From: Octopus sinensis
Lineage: Eukaryota
Assembly: GCF_006345805.1 (NCBI RefSeq)
Contig: NC_042998.1
Coordinates: 144,708,001-144,772,000 of the forward strand
Reading direction: 5' to 3'
Length of the DNA stretch: 64,000 nt
The notes beneath the pieces were generated by a model. The model was not told the origin of the DNA and did no database searches. It saw only the letters and a program-made list of their open reading frames with translations. Both the position numbers and the translations under genes were made by a program. This document shows, piece after piece, positions 63,375 to 64,000 of the stretch. Each line of letters starts with the position of its first letter. The stretch's first letter is position 1.

Positions 63375-64000
63375 CTAGAAACACAAAAATAGTTGAGCCA
63401 AAGGAATAATTTGCATACATCTCATTCACACAAACATACATATATACACACACGCTGCACAAGCATAGCTGCACAGGTTAAATCAACATGGTTTTTAGTA
63501 GGATGGCAATTACAGTGACTAAATGCTCTTCCCAATAGTAAAAAATGAAGGTTTTTACAATTGTATAGCCCCTTTTTTTTTTCAAAATAAAAATAAACCA
63601 AAAAACAAAACATTGTAGAGATTGTCCTTCAATAGAAGATAATTTTTACTGTACATTCTCAATCAAAATTTACTGTCAATTTGCTTTCTTGTTTGACAAC
63701 ACAACCAAGTTGCTTTGTTAGCAGTAAGCAGTTTTTATGCTATTGATAAAACAACACACTCAACACACATATAAAAAAGTAAAAAAACAAAACAGTGTGG
63801 CATTAAATTCTTTGTGACATAAAATATATGAATAGCTGCTATATAAATTTCTATACCCAATATTAAAAGAAATTAATATAGTCATTTTTACTTTCATAGA
63901 AGGCTTGGGAAACAACTTTCAGTAAATTCAGATGCAAAGTTATCTTCTAATTTCCTACCATTACTAAACTTAAAAGTGCTCTTCTCTACTTTTTTTTGTG

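Overview
AT-rich, repeat-dense eukaryotic (animal) genomic DNA. The tRNA-derived SINEs with (GAT)n or AAAAG tails, the RTE LINEs and the (TA)n/(CA)n microsatellites look cephalopod (Octopus-like); this is an inference. The window is almost entirely intronic sequence of one large minus-strand gene that the ORF track misses. I traced 17 short internal exons by hand between 63374 and 11796, all phase 0-0. Eleven are exactly 84 nt (28 aa, four heptads). Spliced, they give about 482 aa of uninterrupted coiled coil built from a myosin-tail-like 28-residue repeat, one repeat per exon. The start and stop of the gene were not found here. The introns hold a near full-length RTE LINE with a PHD-type zinc finger in ORF2, a Penelope-like element with an inverted pseudo-LTR and a minimal hammerhead ribozyme, other hammerhead motifs (one apparently intact, on the host-gene strand), three Tc1/mariner families, hAT, piggyBac and Helitron non-autonomous elements, a GC-rich 129-bp-arm palindrome, a 295-bp tandem array, Gypsy remnants and many SINEs. 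Exon coordinates were counted base by base; most repeat boundaries are approximate.
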